Shown here: piece by piece, positions 50,152 to 59,016 of the stretch | Numbering within the stretch: position 1 is the first letter of the stretch | Layout of the letters: every line of letters starts with the position of its first letter | IMG/VR virus record: IMGVR_UViG_3300045988_165047 | Direction: 5' to 3' (one strand) | DNA from: a virus | Length of the DNA: 64,000 nt | Position numbers and translations under genes: made by a program | Notes under the pieces: model-generated | What the model was told of the DNA's origin: nothing | What the model saw: the letters and a program-made list of their open reading frames with translations, nothing else | Database searches by the model: none

Positions 50152-52433
50152 TAGCCCATTCCTCCTCTTAAGCTGTTAGTTCTCTCCATATCCATAATGG
50201 TCTCTCTGACAAGATTTGCGAGCTTTCTTTCATCAAACCCACTATCCTTACCAACGACAATCTGAATTGCGCCGTTTGCAAAGGATAGGTTGTTGGTAGT
50301 ACCCGAGCCTGTGTCAAGAGACTTAGCAGAAGCTGTGGCTTTGGCATCCATAATGGGGTTTCTGTCCTTTTTACCACCGCCACCAAAGATGTCACCGAAG
50401 TTCTCAGAGAGATTTTGGAAACCATCTTCTAGTTGCTGGTTGTTAAGGACTGTCCCCTTACCGCCAGAGTTCCAACTAAGGTCTACAACCCCGAATTGTT
50501 TTGCCTCCTCACTTGTGGACTGAGCAATACTATCAGAAGCCATACCAAGGAACTTAGCCGCCTTACCGATAATCTCGGAGATTTTCTGCCAGATGTTTTT
50601 AATCCACTCAAATGCCTTTTTGATAGGCTGAATGAGTGTTTCATCAATCCATTTACCGACAGAGGAGTCCTTGAAGTATGCCCACATACGTTTGATACCT
50701 GATACGATGTTGGACCCAATCTTCTTAATACCTCTCCACAGCCTTATGCAACTAGTCATCACCTTGGTAATTACCCAAGCAACGATGTTCCACAAGAACC
50801 TCCACCATTCTACGAGGAAGACTACGGCTGAATGTACGAGGTCTCTGAACTTCTCACACTTGATATAAAGCGCAATGAATAGAGCAATAGCTATGGTAAT
50901 CCACCCAACGGGGTTAGTCGCCATAATCGCCTGAGAAGCCGCCGCAAACGACCTAAGTGCGCCCATAAACAAGCTAGGAAGACTAAGGAGGAAAGACCCT
51001 GCGGACTTAAACCCGTTACCAATAGCTTGTGACGCTCCCTTTATTGACGTGAAGTTCTTGAGAACACCAGCTGTTGCAGAGTACACACTACGAGCCGAAG
51101 CCTTCATAATGTTACCAGCGTTCACAAAGAGGCTCTTAGTCATAGTACCTGCATTCTTCATCGCAGAGACAAGCGCAGAGGGGATACCCTTAATAGACTT
51201 GACTAAGCGAGGAATATGCACGTACCTAACGTCACGGAAGAAGATGTTTACAGGATAGAGTGCTCTAGTAATCCCGAGGTACACCTTTCTGAACGTCTTA
51301 GGTAAGAACACCCCGAGTGCACGCACCTCATTCAGTATGCGCATTTCACCTCCCGTACGACTATACAGAAGGTTTCTAAACATTCGGTACTTTCGTGTTA
51401 CGTCCTTTAGATTCTTGGCGTACTTTAGAACACCAATGCTTGCAACATCCCACAGCGCAAACACCTTTTTAAGCACAAGCCACGACAGAAGGAGTTTCCC
51501 TATGAACATAATTTCCTTCTTGTACTCCTTGAAGAAGTCAAGAATGGCGAGCTTCCAGAACTCTAACCAAACAATCATAGACCTAGCTTGGTCCTTGAAG
51601 TTGTCAGTAACCTTCCAAATACTATCAAGGGCGGCTTTAAGTTTTCCTCCAAGCCACTTAATGGTATGACCGATATTACGGACTATCCACCCCATAACCT
51701 GACCAATCACAAAACCACGAGCCTTAATCTGGTCAATGTTATTGGCGAAGCTCTCCGCAATCATCTTCATAGAGGACACAATCTGCCCATACAAACTACC
51801 TGGGTCATTAGGTTTCCCAATAATAGCTTGCGCAAAAGAGGTCCACACAGCTTTAAGCCTTCGTGTTTGGTCTTGGATGGTTTCAAAGTCCTGAGCAATC
51901 GCCGTCATAAGACCCTTATGGTTCTTAAGGAAGCTCATAATAGCTCCCTGCATCATACGGGTGTTGCCTTGGTACTTTTCAAACATCTTGACGGAGCGTG
52001 CAGTCATAAGACCTGCCTCAACGAGGGCACCCGTGTTCCCTTGAATAGCACTAGCAACCATTCCAGAGAACTCGGCATAGGACTTCCCCGTGGCGTGCGC
52101 CGCCTTATTGATGAAGTCCATATTCTTCTTAACGTCCAAGCCAACTGACATTAGCTTGTTCATACCAGCAAGCTGGTCATCCATATCAAAGTAGGACTGC
52201 CCCTTAACAAGTCGGTCCTGTGCTTGCTCCATAGCCCTAATAGTAGATACCATCCCACCAAAGCGGAGGGTGTTCTCTCTTAGGGTGTTTACGTACTTTT
52301 CGGACACCTGTTGCAAGGAGTAAAAAGCGGAAGCCAAGGTAAGAGATACCCCAGCTAACCTCGCTACCTTATTGACTGTGCTTTGGGCGATAGCAATCCC
52401 AAAGTCATAGGTAAATTGAGCGTCCCTTGCCAT
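50151..52433 (-). CDS. tail tape measure protein
   Basis: 760 aa, the largest tail-module ORF. It lies immediately downstream of the frameshifting chaperone pair and has long helical and hydrophobic segments. Confidence 0.8.
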   Translation of the reverse strand: MARDAQFTYDFGIAIAQSTVNKVARLAGVSLTLASAFYSLQQVSEKYVNTLRENTLRFGGMVSTIRAMEQAQDRLVKGQSYFDMDDQLAGMNKLMSVGLDVKKNMDFINKAAHATGKSYAEFSGMVASAIQGNTGALVEAGLMTARSVKMFEKYQGNTRMMQGAIMSFLKNHKGLMTAIAQDFETIQDQTRRLKAVWTSFAQAIIGKPNDPGSLYGQIVSSMKMIAESFANNIDQIKARGFVIGQVMGWIVRNIGHTIKWLGGKLKAALDSIWKVTDNFKDQARSMIVWLEFWKLAILDFFKEYKKEIMFIGKLLLSWLVLKKVFALWDVASIGVLKYAKNLKDVTRKYRMFRNLLYSRTGGEMRILNEVRALGVFLPKTFRKVYLGITRALYPVNIFFRDVRYVHIPRLVKSIKGIPSALVSAMKNAGTMTKSLFVNAGNIMKASARSVYSATAGVLKNFTSIKGASQAIGNGFKSAGSFLLSLPSLFMGALRSFAAASQAIMATNPVGWITIAIALFIALYIKCEKFRDLVHSAVVFLVEWWRFLWNIVAWVITKVMTSCIRLWRGIKKIGSNIVSGIKRMWAYFKDSSVGKWIDETLIQPIKKAFEWIKNIWQKISEIIGKAAKFLGMASDSIAQSTSEEAKQFGVVDLSWNSGGKGTVLNNQQLEDGFQNLSENFGDIFGGGGKKDRNPIMDAKATASAKSLDTGSGTTNNLSFANGAIQIVVGKDSGFDERKLANLVRETIMDMERTNSLRGGMG

Positions 52434-52436
52434 AGT

Positions 52437-52739
52437 TTACTTATTGCGTTTGGCTTCCTCAGCGTCTTCTGCTTCCTTTTTGATAAGGCGCATTTCCATA
52501 GAGAAGAAGCGGTTTAAGTCATCCTCATCCATAAGGAGAACTTCTCTATACGACTGATGAAGCCTTTTCATCATAATATACGCTTTGGACACTAAGTCGT
52601 AGTTTTCATCGCTGTCCTCAAGCCCTTCTATACTCTTTTGGGGTCTCGGAGAAAAAAGGAGACCCCTTATCTCCCCACATAGGGTTAATAAGGGGTACTC
52701 TCTTTGTATTAAATGAAATCTCTCTGGACTTAGTGTCAT
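52437..52739 (-). CDS. tail assembly chaperone, -1 frame extension ORF
   Basis: 100-aa ORF in the -1 frame relative to 52736..53608. It is reachable from the T_TTT_TTC slippery site 6 nt upstream of its ATG. Confidence 0.6.
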   Translation of the reverse strand: MTLSPERFHLIQREYPLLTLCGEIRGLLFSPRPQKSIEGLEDSDENYDLVSKAYIMMKRLHQSYREVLLMDEDDLNRFFSMEMRLIKKEAEDAEEAKRNK

Positions 52740-53608
52740 TCCGAGAAAAAACTACTCGCTTCCATAATGAAAGGAGTCTCCCTCTCGCAGTGAGGACAAG
52801 TATCTTCGTAGGCAAACGGGAGGGTTGGAAGAGCCTCAATGAGGGAGTTCCTGATATTCTTGAGGTCTCTCACAGAGAGGTACTCAAGGAAAATCTTAAG
52901 CCCGTAGAAGGTGTGGAACTCGCTAGGAAGGATGTCCCCATTCTCCGTTTCAATGCTGATTAAGCAGTTAAGCGCAACTCTTCGCCAAAAGTCAATGGCA
53001 TCCGAGTAGTATCTTTCGTTCTCAATAGCATCACGGAGCGTGGGGTATCTGAACGTGAAACGGGTAAACACAGAGGAAGTAATCCAAGAGTACTCGGGCT
53101 TCTCTGTAATCTTACCAATAGGCGTAGGTTCAAACCCATCCTTGAGTTCCACCACGATAGGGGAGGGACCCATCATTTGGAGGTTTTCAATCTCTCGCTT
53201 GCTCTCTTCCGAGTAGTCAATTCTATCAAGGTCAATATCCACGACCATCTTTCTACCGCAGTGTTTGCAGAACACTTCCTGTTTGGGGAGTTCGTTCTGC
53301 CACACTCTTCTGTGGATTTCCACAATGAGAGTATTAACCTCCGCCATAGTGAGGTCTAAGATGATGGAAGGGATGGTAACTACACCATCCTCAAGGTACT
53401 TTTTACGCACCTCCGCACCAATCTCAATACCTCCGATAGACTTAATAGCCGCAGACAAGATATTACCTTGCCACGTGTAAGGCTTGTCAGAGACTTTCTT
53501 TGTGAAAATCTTTTCAGCCACACCATTGGACTTCATCAGTTCTACGACCTTATGAGTTTCACCACCGAGAGTTACCCCAATAGGAAGCTCAAACTTGTTA
53601 CTTTCCAT
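52736..53608 (-). CDS. tail assembly chaperone (zero-frame product) with a Zn-ribbon-like CxxC pair
   Basis: 290 aa, lying between the tube and tape-measure genes. Two CxxC pairs are present: 'CKHCGRKMVV' and 'CPHCERETPF'. Confidence 0.6.
   Translation of the reverse strand: MESNKFELPIGVTLGGETHKVVELMKSNGVAEKIFTKKVSDKPYTWQGNILSAAIKSIGGIEIGAEVRKKYLEDGVVTIPSIILDLTMAEVNTLIVEIHRRVWQNELPKQEVFCKHCGRKMVVDIDLDRIDYSEESKREIENLQMMGPSPIVVELKDGFEPTPIGKITEKPEYSWITSSVFTRFTFRYPTLRDAIENERYYSDAIDFWRRVALNCLISIETENGDILPSEFHTFYGLKIFLEYLSVRDLKNIRNSLIEALPTLPFAYEDTCPHCERETPFIMEASSFFSE
52745..52751 (-). promoter_or_regulatory. -1 programmed ribosomal frameshift slippery heptamer T_TTT_TTC
   Basis: The minus strand reads AGT TTT TTC TCG GAA TGA in the zero frame of the 290-aa ORF, which gives X_XXY_YYZ in the correct register. 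A -1 slip reads ...F F L G M T L S P E, continuing into the 100-aa ORF. Confidence 0.6.
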
Positions 53609-53629
53609 ACTTCTTTATGTTAGATTTGA

Positions 53630-54091
53630 CTATACACCTACGGGGATAATATCCCAATCGTCGCAGGTAGCAGAATAAGAGACAACGTACTTGTCTGTAC
53701 CAGCTACATCCCAGCTAGGGTGAGCTTCACTGACGATACGGAAACCTTCAAAGGCGACCGAGAATACCTCAGCGCCATTGTGCATCTTGACAGCAACAAC
53801 GGGGAGTTTAGTCCCGTTGGCAATCATAGTCTTACAGAGGGTTTCCATAGCTCTATCAGCCGCACTACCATCGTAGGTTCTCGTAAGCGTCATATCACCA
53901 AACTCAGTAATCTGGTTGGCGAACTTGTACACCTTATTAGTCCCTGCGTCTACGGTCTGTACAGAGCCTGACTGTCTACTGAGACCTTCAAGGGTCTCAA
54001 ATCTCGCATTAGAGCCAAGACCTGGTACGGGGATAGTCAGATACCAGCCATTGGTTACGTAAGCGTCCTGTGGTTTTTGAGGTCTTGCCAT
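53630..54091 (-). CDS. tail tube protein
   Basis: 153 aa directly after the sheath gene. 'FETLEGLSRQSGSVQTVDAGTNKVYKF...FGDMTLTRTY' fits the contractile-tail tube pattern. Confidence 0.75.
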   Translation of the reverse strand: MARPQKPQDAYVTNGWYLTIPVPGLGSNARFETLEGLSRQSGSVQTVDAGTNKVYKFANQITEFGDMTLTRTYDGSAADRAMETLCKTMIANGTKLPVVAVKMHNGAEVFSVAFEGFRIVSEAHPSWDVAGTDKYVVSYSATCDDWDIIPVGV

Positions 54092-54092
54092 A

Positions 54093-55805
54093 TTACTTTT
54101 CAGTTGCAGTTAATACTCCATCGTTTCGGAGCAACGAGATTCTGATGCTCTCCGTACACTCTGTGGGAATCCACTCGCAGTCAATGTTCAGAACCTTTCT
54201 ATCCTGACCAACGGGGTTGTTGCTTGCGTCACAGATACCTCTGTAAGCAACATCAAATGGTACAGAACGTTCTAGTGCGCCGTTGTTGTACTCGTTCTTG
54301 AAGAACTGAAGCAGACTAACGAGAGCTTCTCTCTTAAGCTCGGGAGTGTTAGGCTTCTGTTCCAAGAAGCGCATAAGCGAGTTAAGAGAGCGCAGATAGA
54401 ACGAAGTCTGGAGTCTGACGTGAATACTCGTGTACAGCGAGTTTCGTGAGTGCGTTCTTGAAGTCCCTACGTAGAACCCGAGGTTCTCTACATTCTGAAT
54501 AACGTTGCAGTGGTAGTGTTGTACCAGCTTGTTAATCATAGCCTGTCCAAGTCTGTTCGGTTCCATCTTAGTGACGGTCTTAAACAGAGAGTCAATCCCA
54601 GCAGGTGGAATATGGACAAAGTCTCCTTGAATGTAGGGAGTGCGGATAAGAGCCGCACCAATGACGGGTCCAATAACGGGAAGTCTACGAGGGTTGCCCT
54701 GCATATCGGGTACGTAGCACCAACCCATATAGCTGGCGATGAAGCTCTGTTCGTTTGAGCCAAGCTCAATGTCGTAGAGTTCAGCCATACCCTCATCAGC
54801 AAGCTCTGGGAGATTAACAATACCGATAGCTGACTTAGTCTCGTGGCAATACTGCTTCAAGATTTTAGCCATTCGGATATTGTGGAACTCCGTAGTAGCG
54901 AGATACTGAATATCAAAGCCGTCAAAACTTGACAGACCGCCACCCATAGCGTTAGGTGCGTAGTCGTCAATAGTGACAGCATCACCATCAGTACCACCTG
55001 ACAGCACAATCTTCCACACTACATCCTTTCTATGGGAGAGTGAGGAAGACTCTGGAACCTCAATGAAGGCTTTACCCGTGAGAGTTACTTGGTTGTCGCT
55101 ATCCACAGAAGAGACCGTCCCTACCAGCTTGTCATTGTAGTAGAGAGCACTACCACTCTTGAGGGTGCTCTTAAATGAAGTACCGACACCCGTAATAATT
55201 GGAGAGGAAGTGGATGCAGAGACAGTCCCCGAGAGCTGTTCCATAGTGACCTTGTTCTCTTCGGGAATTTCCTGAGAGAAGTTCACAACAGCGAAACGGC
55301 TAATCTTGGTAACTGCCTGCTGAATCTCGGAGAGAGTTTCACCGATGATGGTTTCCTCTTTGTCCTTATAGGAGATTTTGAGCACATAGTTCCCACGACT
55401 TGCCGAATCAAAAGAGTAAAGTTCAAGAGTAACCCCGTTACCCCAAGCACCTACATCCTCTGCTCCTCTTTGACCAGCCTTAGCTGTCATAATAGCTCCC
55501 CCAAGGAGGGAAGCCTCTCCCGTAGCCGCCTTAGCATTCTTACCCGTAACACGGGAGATATAGAGCGATACGGGAGCGCCATCAGCTTCATCAAAGATAG
55601 CCTTGACAATAGCGGGTCCAAAAAGAGCATTGCTCTGCCCGCCAAAGAATGTACCGAAGTCTTCAAGAGAAGAAACCTTGATAGGTTTCAAGCTCTCCCC
55701 ACGGACAAACTGCCCAAGGAGACCTACGTTTCTCTTAGAAGGCTCACGATACGCAGAAGCACCCCTAGAGAGTCCTTCTACAATGGATAATCCTACATCT
55801 GCCAT
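54093..55805 (-). CDS. tail sheath protein
   Basis: 570 aa. The N-terminal 'GLSIVEG...NVGLLGQFVRGE' is sheath-like, and the gene sits upstream of the tube gene. Confidence 0.8.
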   Translation of the reverse strand: MADVGLSIVEGLSRGASAYREPSKRNVGLLGQFVRGESLKPIKVSSLEDFGTFFGGQSNALFGPAIVKAIFDEADGAPVSLYISRVTGKNAKAATGEASLLGGAIMTAKAGQRGAEDVGAWGNGVTLELYSFDSASRGNYVLKISYKDKEETIIGETLSEIQQAVTKISRFAVVNFSQEIPEENKVTMEQLSGTVSASTSSPIITGVGTSFKSTLKSGSALYYNDKLVGTVSSVDSDNQVTLTGKAFIEVPESSSLSHRKDVVWKIVLSGGTDGDAVTIDDYAPNAMGGGLSSFDGFDIQYLATTEFHNIRMAKILKQYCHETKSAIGIVNLPELADEGMAELYDIELGSNEQSFIASYMGWCYVPDMQGNPRRLPVIGPVIGAALIRTPYIQGDFVHIPPAGIDSLFKTVTKMEPNRLGQAMINKLVQHYHCNVIQNVENLGFYVGTSRTHSRNSLYTSIHVRLQTSFYLRSLNSLMRFLEQKPNTPELKREALVSLLQFFKNEYNNGALERSVPFDVAYRGICDASNNPVGQDRKVLNIDCEWIPTECTESIRISLLRNDGVLTATEK

Positions 55806-55824
55806 TCTTAGTTTTGTTTAATTG

Positions 55825-56247
55825 TTATTTAGCTAACAGAACACCAAGGATGGCTCCGATGAGTGTTCCGCCAATGCCTACACTAATTACACGCTTCAAA
55901 TTACGTCTACGCTCCTCCAAGAGTTCCTGTTTTAAGGACTCTTGAAAGAGCATAGCTTCGTTGAATTTTTGTGACTCTTTTGCACTAATGGTCTTCTGAG
56001 TCTCAAAAGAGAGTCTCCAATAGTTACTAATGGAGTCGCTCAGTTTAAGCTCCTGCAAGGTTATTGCGTGGATAGCTCGTAGCTGGGCGAAATTATTTAG
56101 CTTTATGTTTAGCTTTATCAGCTGTGGCTTTGTTAGGCAAACTATCGTATCCCCCTTGTAGACCATCTTCATTGGATAGCTCTCTTGAGAGAAAGTCAAT
56201 GTTTTCATCCCAACCGCCAGTAGTAAGCTCATTATTAGTCTTCCCAT
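55825..56247 (-). CDS. membrane/coiled-coil protein, spanin-like candidate 2
   Basis: 140 aa with a hydrophobic N-terminus 'MSLLLAVG', a coiled-coil centre and a C-terminal helix 'ISVGIGGTLIGAILGVLLA'. It overlaps the upstream ORF by 155 nt in another frame. Confidence 0.45.
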   Translation of the reverse strand: MGRLIMSLLLAVGMKTLTFSQESYPMKMVYKGDTIVCLTKPQLIKLNIKLNNFAQLRAIHAITLQELKLSDSISNYWRLSFETQKTISAKESQKFNEAMLFQESLKQELLEERRRNLKRVISVGIGGTLIGAILGVLLAK

Positions 56248-56509
56248 AATGCTTAATAATTAAGTGAAGCTCTTTCCTGAACTTCTCCCTCTCAAGACCA
56301 ATTCGGTCTATTTCTGTCTCATATTTCTTGAGGTCTACTTTAAGTTCAGCAATAGTGTCAGTGAGCTGTCTAATGCGTTCGTTAAATTCCTCTTCGTTGG
56401 TTCTGTGCTGTTTTACCGAACTAAGCCCATAGAGTGCAAATATAGCTATAATCGTTGTTACGATGGCTATTGCACCTAACAGCAAGTTCACTTTATTAGC
56501 CTTTCCCAT
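56093..56509 (-). CDS. membrane/coiled-coil protein, spanin-like candidate 1
   Basis: 138 aa with an N-terminal TM helix 'VNLLLGAIAIVTTIIAIFALYGL' followed by a coiled coil. It lies 3 nt downstream of the amidase gene. Confidence 0.5.
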   Translation of the reverse strand: MGKANKVNLLLGAIAIVTTIIAIFALYGLSSVKQHRTNEEEFNERIRQLTDTIAELKVDLKKYETEIDRIGLEREKFRKELHLIIKHYGKTNNELTTGGWDENIDFLSRELSNEDGLQGGYDSLPNKATADKAKHKAK

Positions 56510-56512
56510 TTC

Positions 56513-57109
56513 TTAGTTAAACACCTCGTTGATTCTCTCCACTGCCTTGACAATAGAGGCTTCGTATCGTGAGTTCAGTTCAGCATCCTTGAGTAGTACG
56601 AGGTCCTCTTGGTTGTCTTGGAAAAGCCACTCAATGAGTACCCCCATATAGTCAGCACCACGGATAACCGCAAAGTCTGCTTCAAAGTCTCTATGAGGCT
56701 GTGTGGGTGAGAATACACGCTTCTTAATCTCGGGGAAGTCCTTTTCAAACTGCTGGAGAATAATCTCCGCACATTCGTCAGACTTAGTGACACCTCGGGT
56801 AGTCCATACAGAGTACCCTCTTGCCTTACCCCATCCTGTATTGGCGCTCGCATCGTTGTGGAGAGACAGAAGAAGTTTCTTCTGTCCCTTCTTATAGTTG
56901 GTAGCGAAGTTTCTTCGCTTGTCTAGTCCTATTTCTCGGTCAGTTGTGTTGGTAAGTACAACTTCGTACCCAAGTCTCTCAAGAGACTCCTTGATGACTT
57001 TGATGCGCTCTCTACTCCATCGGTACTCTCTGTGAGTTCCATCTGGTGAACGCTTACCTGGTACTTCTTCCCCATGCGCTGGGTCCAAAATGATAATCAA
57101 ATTCTTCAT
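56513..57109 (-). CDS. N-acetylmuramoyl-L-alanine amidase (Amidase_3 endolysin)
   Basis: 'IILDPAHGEEVPGKRSPDG', 'LLLSLHNDA' and 'GVLIEWLFQDNQED' match the Amidase_3 pattern 'vIDpGHGG.dpG', 'SiHaNa' and 'LvE.gF.sN..e'. Confidence 0.85.
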   Translation of the reverse strand: MKNLIIILDPAHGEEVPGKRSPDGTHREYRWSRERIKVIKESLERLGYEVVLTNTTDREIGLDKRRNFATNYKKGQKKLLLSLHNDASANTGWGKARGYSVWTTRGVTKSDECAEIILQQFEKDFPEIKKRVFSPTQPHRDFEADFAVIRGADYMGVLIEWLFQDNQEDLVLLKDAELNSRYEASIVKAVERINEVFN

Positions 57110-57112
57110 ACT

Positions 57113-57484
57113 CTATAATATAAACTTAAGCCAGTTAATGAGGTCCTTGCTATACGTCCCGAGTAGGAGTGCAAGGACACCCAGAAGTACAAAAACTGTG
57201 AGCTTAGGGTAGCTCAACAGAACGGACAAGAAGGCGAAGCCCTCACGATTAGCCTCATTGATAAGGCAGTTTTCTTTGTGAGCCTTCTGCTGTTCCTCAA
57301 AGAGGTCCAAAATCTTGTCCAACTTTGCGTCAGTAGCTTTAATGCTCTGCTTCATCTCCTCTTGGTTTTTAGCCATTTCGGAGTATTTCGTGTCTACGAG
57401 TTCCGCAAGCAGTAAGAGCTTTTTGTCCTGCGGATTGTCGTCGGCACACATAAGTTTAAGTGTTCTAACAATACTAGTGCTCAT
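57113..57484 (-). CDS. holin-like membrane protein (positional)
   Basis: 123 aa with C-terminal hydrophobic helices 'FAFLSVLLSYPKLTVFVLLGVLALLLG'. It lies immediately upstream of the amidase gene. Confidence 0.4.
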   Translation of the reverse strand: MSTSIVRTLKLMCADDNPQDKKLLLLAELVDTKYSEMAKNQEEMKQSIKATDAKLDKILDLFEEQQKAHKENCLINEANREGFAFLSVLLSYPKLTVFVLLGVLALLLGTYSKDLINWLKFIL

Positions 57485-57948
57485 CTATCAATCCAGCTTT
57501 GAGAGTCAATCCACACCCCTTCATCATTCCATGCTCCAGTTGAGAGAATCCAAAAGTTGCCTCCATAGGCACCCCCTGTATCGGGGTAGACTCTCAGTAA
57601 CCTTCGTTTTACGAGGGGAGCTACCTGCGAGAGGTCGCTTCCTTCAATAACAAAGTATTGAGTGGGTAGTAACCTAACGCTGTTACCATTGAAAATGAAC
57701 TCTATGTTAAAGTTTACCGCTGATGCTACAAGGAGTTTACCATCCTCAACAGCAATAGGGGCGCACTTAAAAGGCTGTGCAGAGAGGAGGTCAGCATCTA
57801 CGTTAGGAGTAAATACATTGACACCTGCTCCCAAAGCCACGATGTTTTTGGCAACCTCGGGGCTTTCTAGAAGGCAGTATCGTTGTATGAACTTAACAGC
57901 TTGCTCCTGTCTTCCCTTGTAATCAAGTATGGTAAATCCAACTATCAT
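57481..57948 (-). CDS. hypothetical structural-module protein
   Basis: 155-aa ORF with ATGA coupling on both sides. Confidence 0.55.
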   Translation of the reverse strand: MIVGFTILDYKGRQEQAVKFIQRYCLLESPEVAKNIVALGAGVNVFTPNVDADLLSAQPFKCAPIAVEDGKLLVASAVNFNIEFIFNGNSVRLLPTQYFVIEGSDLSQVAPLVKRRLLRVYPDTGGAYGGNFWILSTGAWNDEGVWIDSQSWIDR

Positions 57949-58118
57949 CGCAGTTCTACGCCTAAAATATCGGGCAGGATGAAGTCCTTAGATACTTCAA
58001 CCATCCCTCTTGGTGGGATGAGGAGCGAGTCCTCCCCCATAGGAACCTCCACGCAGTAGAGGTTTGTATTGAAGAGGTATTTCTTAACCTCTTTAGATGT
58101 TTCAGTCTTCTTAGCCAT
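57945..58118 (-). CDS. 57-aa hypothetical protein (below the track cutoff)
   Basis: Hand translation: MAKKTETSKEVKKYLFNTNLYCVEVPMGEDSLLIPPRGMVEVSKDFILPDILGVELR*. Its TGA overlaps the next ATG (ATGA). I prefer it over the Arg/Ser-rich track ORF 57962..58189. Confidence 0.45.
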   Translation of the reverse strand: MAKKTETSKEVKKYLFNTNLYCVEVPMGEDSLLIPPRGMVEVSKDFILPDILGVELR

Positions 58119-58145
58119 AATTCAGTTTCTTTATTGTCAAAGATA

Positions 58146-58733
58146 CTACTTTTGACTGACGGGAGAGCCATTAACGATGATGCTCTCAATGATACCCACC
58201 TCTTTAGGTTCTTGGAAGTACACCCAAGGGTTTAGGGTAAACTCATAGTTTCTCTCGTGCACTCCGTCAGTTCTCGGAACATCGGTAACTCTGGTAGAAT
58301 AAGTGACTACGTCTCCGACAAGAGACCCGTCAATATCCGTGGCGTTAAATATGAATCCCGAGGCATACACGAACCTCTTATCAAAGTAGTCCGCAAGGTC
58401 AAGGAACTCCTTGTACCCCTTAGAAGCAACACTAACATCAAAGCGAGCTTCAAGCCAAACGGGGTTCTTACCGAGGTAGCCGATTTTCTTATCGGGAGAT
58501 AACCCTAGGAACACCTCTCTATGGTCTACATACCACCCCATATGGATAGTTGGAGCAAAGTCCTGAATAGACACGCACGGGTACTTTTGGTCCGTACTCT
58601 CCGTGTAGTCGTAACTTGACTGCTTATAATACCGAGCGGACAGCTCCAACTTAGAGCCATCCGACATAGGTATCTGCATCTTATGGAATTGTTTGAAGAA
58701 CTCCTTGTTTAGGTTACGAATTCCCGTTATCAT
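58146..58733 (-). CDS. hypothetical structural-module protein
   Basis: The first ATG is at 58731-58733 ('MITGIRNLNKEFF'); the track start is a TTG. It is sized for a neck or tail-completion protein. Confidence 0.55.
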   Translation of the reverse strand: MITGIRNLNKEFFKQFHKMQIPMSDGSKLELSARYYKQSSYDYTESTDQKYPCVSIQDFAPTIHMGWYVDHREVFLGLSPDKKIGYLGKNPVWLEARFDVSVASKGYKEFLDLADYFDKRFVYASGFIFNATDIDGSLVGDVVTYSTRVTDVPRTDGVHERNYEFTLNPWVYFQEPKEVGIIESIIVNGSPVSQK

Positions 58734-59016
58734 TCTTCTTCTCGTTTTTCTCTCCGAAGTACTTAGTAGCACCAGCTGTCCCGAAGATTGTGGTGATGCT
58801 CCCAATGACTAAGGAGAGTCCGTTAAGGTCGGTCTTAATAGTACCGCTATGCAAGACCTCCCAAATGAGGACAAACCCAACCACAGCAAGCAAGATACAC
58901 CCAAGCAGTGTAATAAGAACAAGGAAAAAGCTCTTAGAGCTTAAACCGCTGTTGTTCTTAATGAGGTCTCTAAAGAAACCAATAAAGCTAGAATTGTTTT
59001 TTGTAGGTTCCCCCAT
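58714..59016 (-). CDS. two-helix membrane protein inside the morphogenesis module
   Basis: 100 aa with helices 'FFLVLITLLGCILLAVVGFVLIW' and 'LSLVIGSITTIFGTAGA'. Confidence 0.5.
   Translation of the reverse strand: MGEPTKNNSSFIGFFRDLIKNNSGLSSKSFFLVLITLLGCILLAVVGFVLIWEVLHSGTIKTDLNGLSLVIGSITTIFGTAGATKYFGEKNEKKNDNGNS

Noticed and set aside
52618-52839. 73-aa ORF in the third frame across the chaperone junction, considered as an alternative frameshift product.
   Set aside because: It is not in the -1 frame relative to the 290-aa ORF at the slippery site. The 52437..52739 ORF is, and it is reached directly from T_TTT_TTC.
57962-58189. 75-aa minus-strand track ORF in the 57949-58145 gap.
   Set aside because: It is Arg/Ser/Leu-rich junk-like sequence and overlaps the C-terminus of 58146..58805 by 44 nt. 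The alternative frame gives a 57-aa ORF (57945..58118) with an ATG start and ATGA coupling to the next gene.
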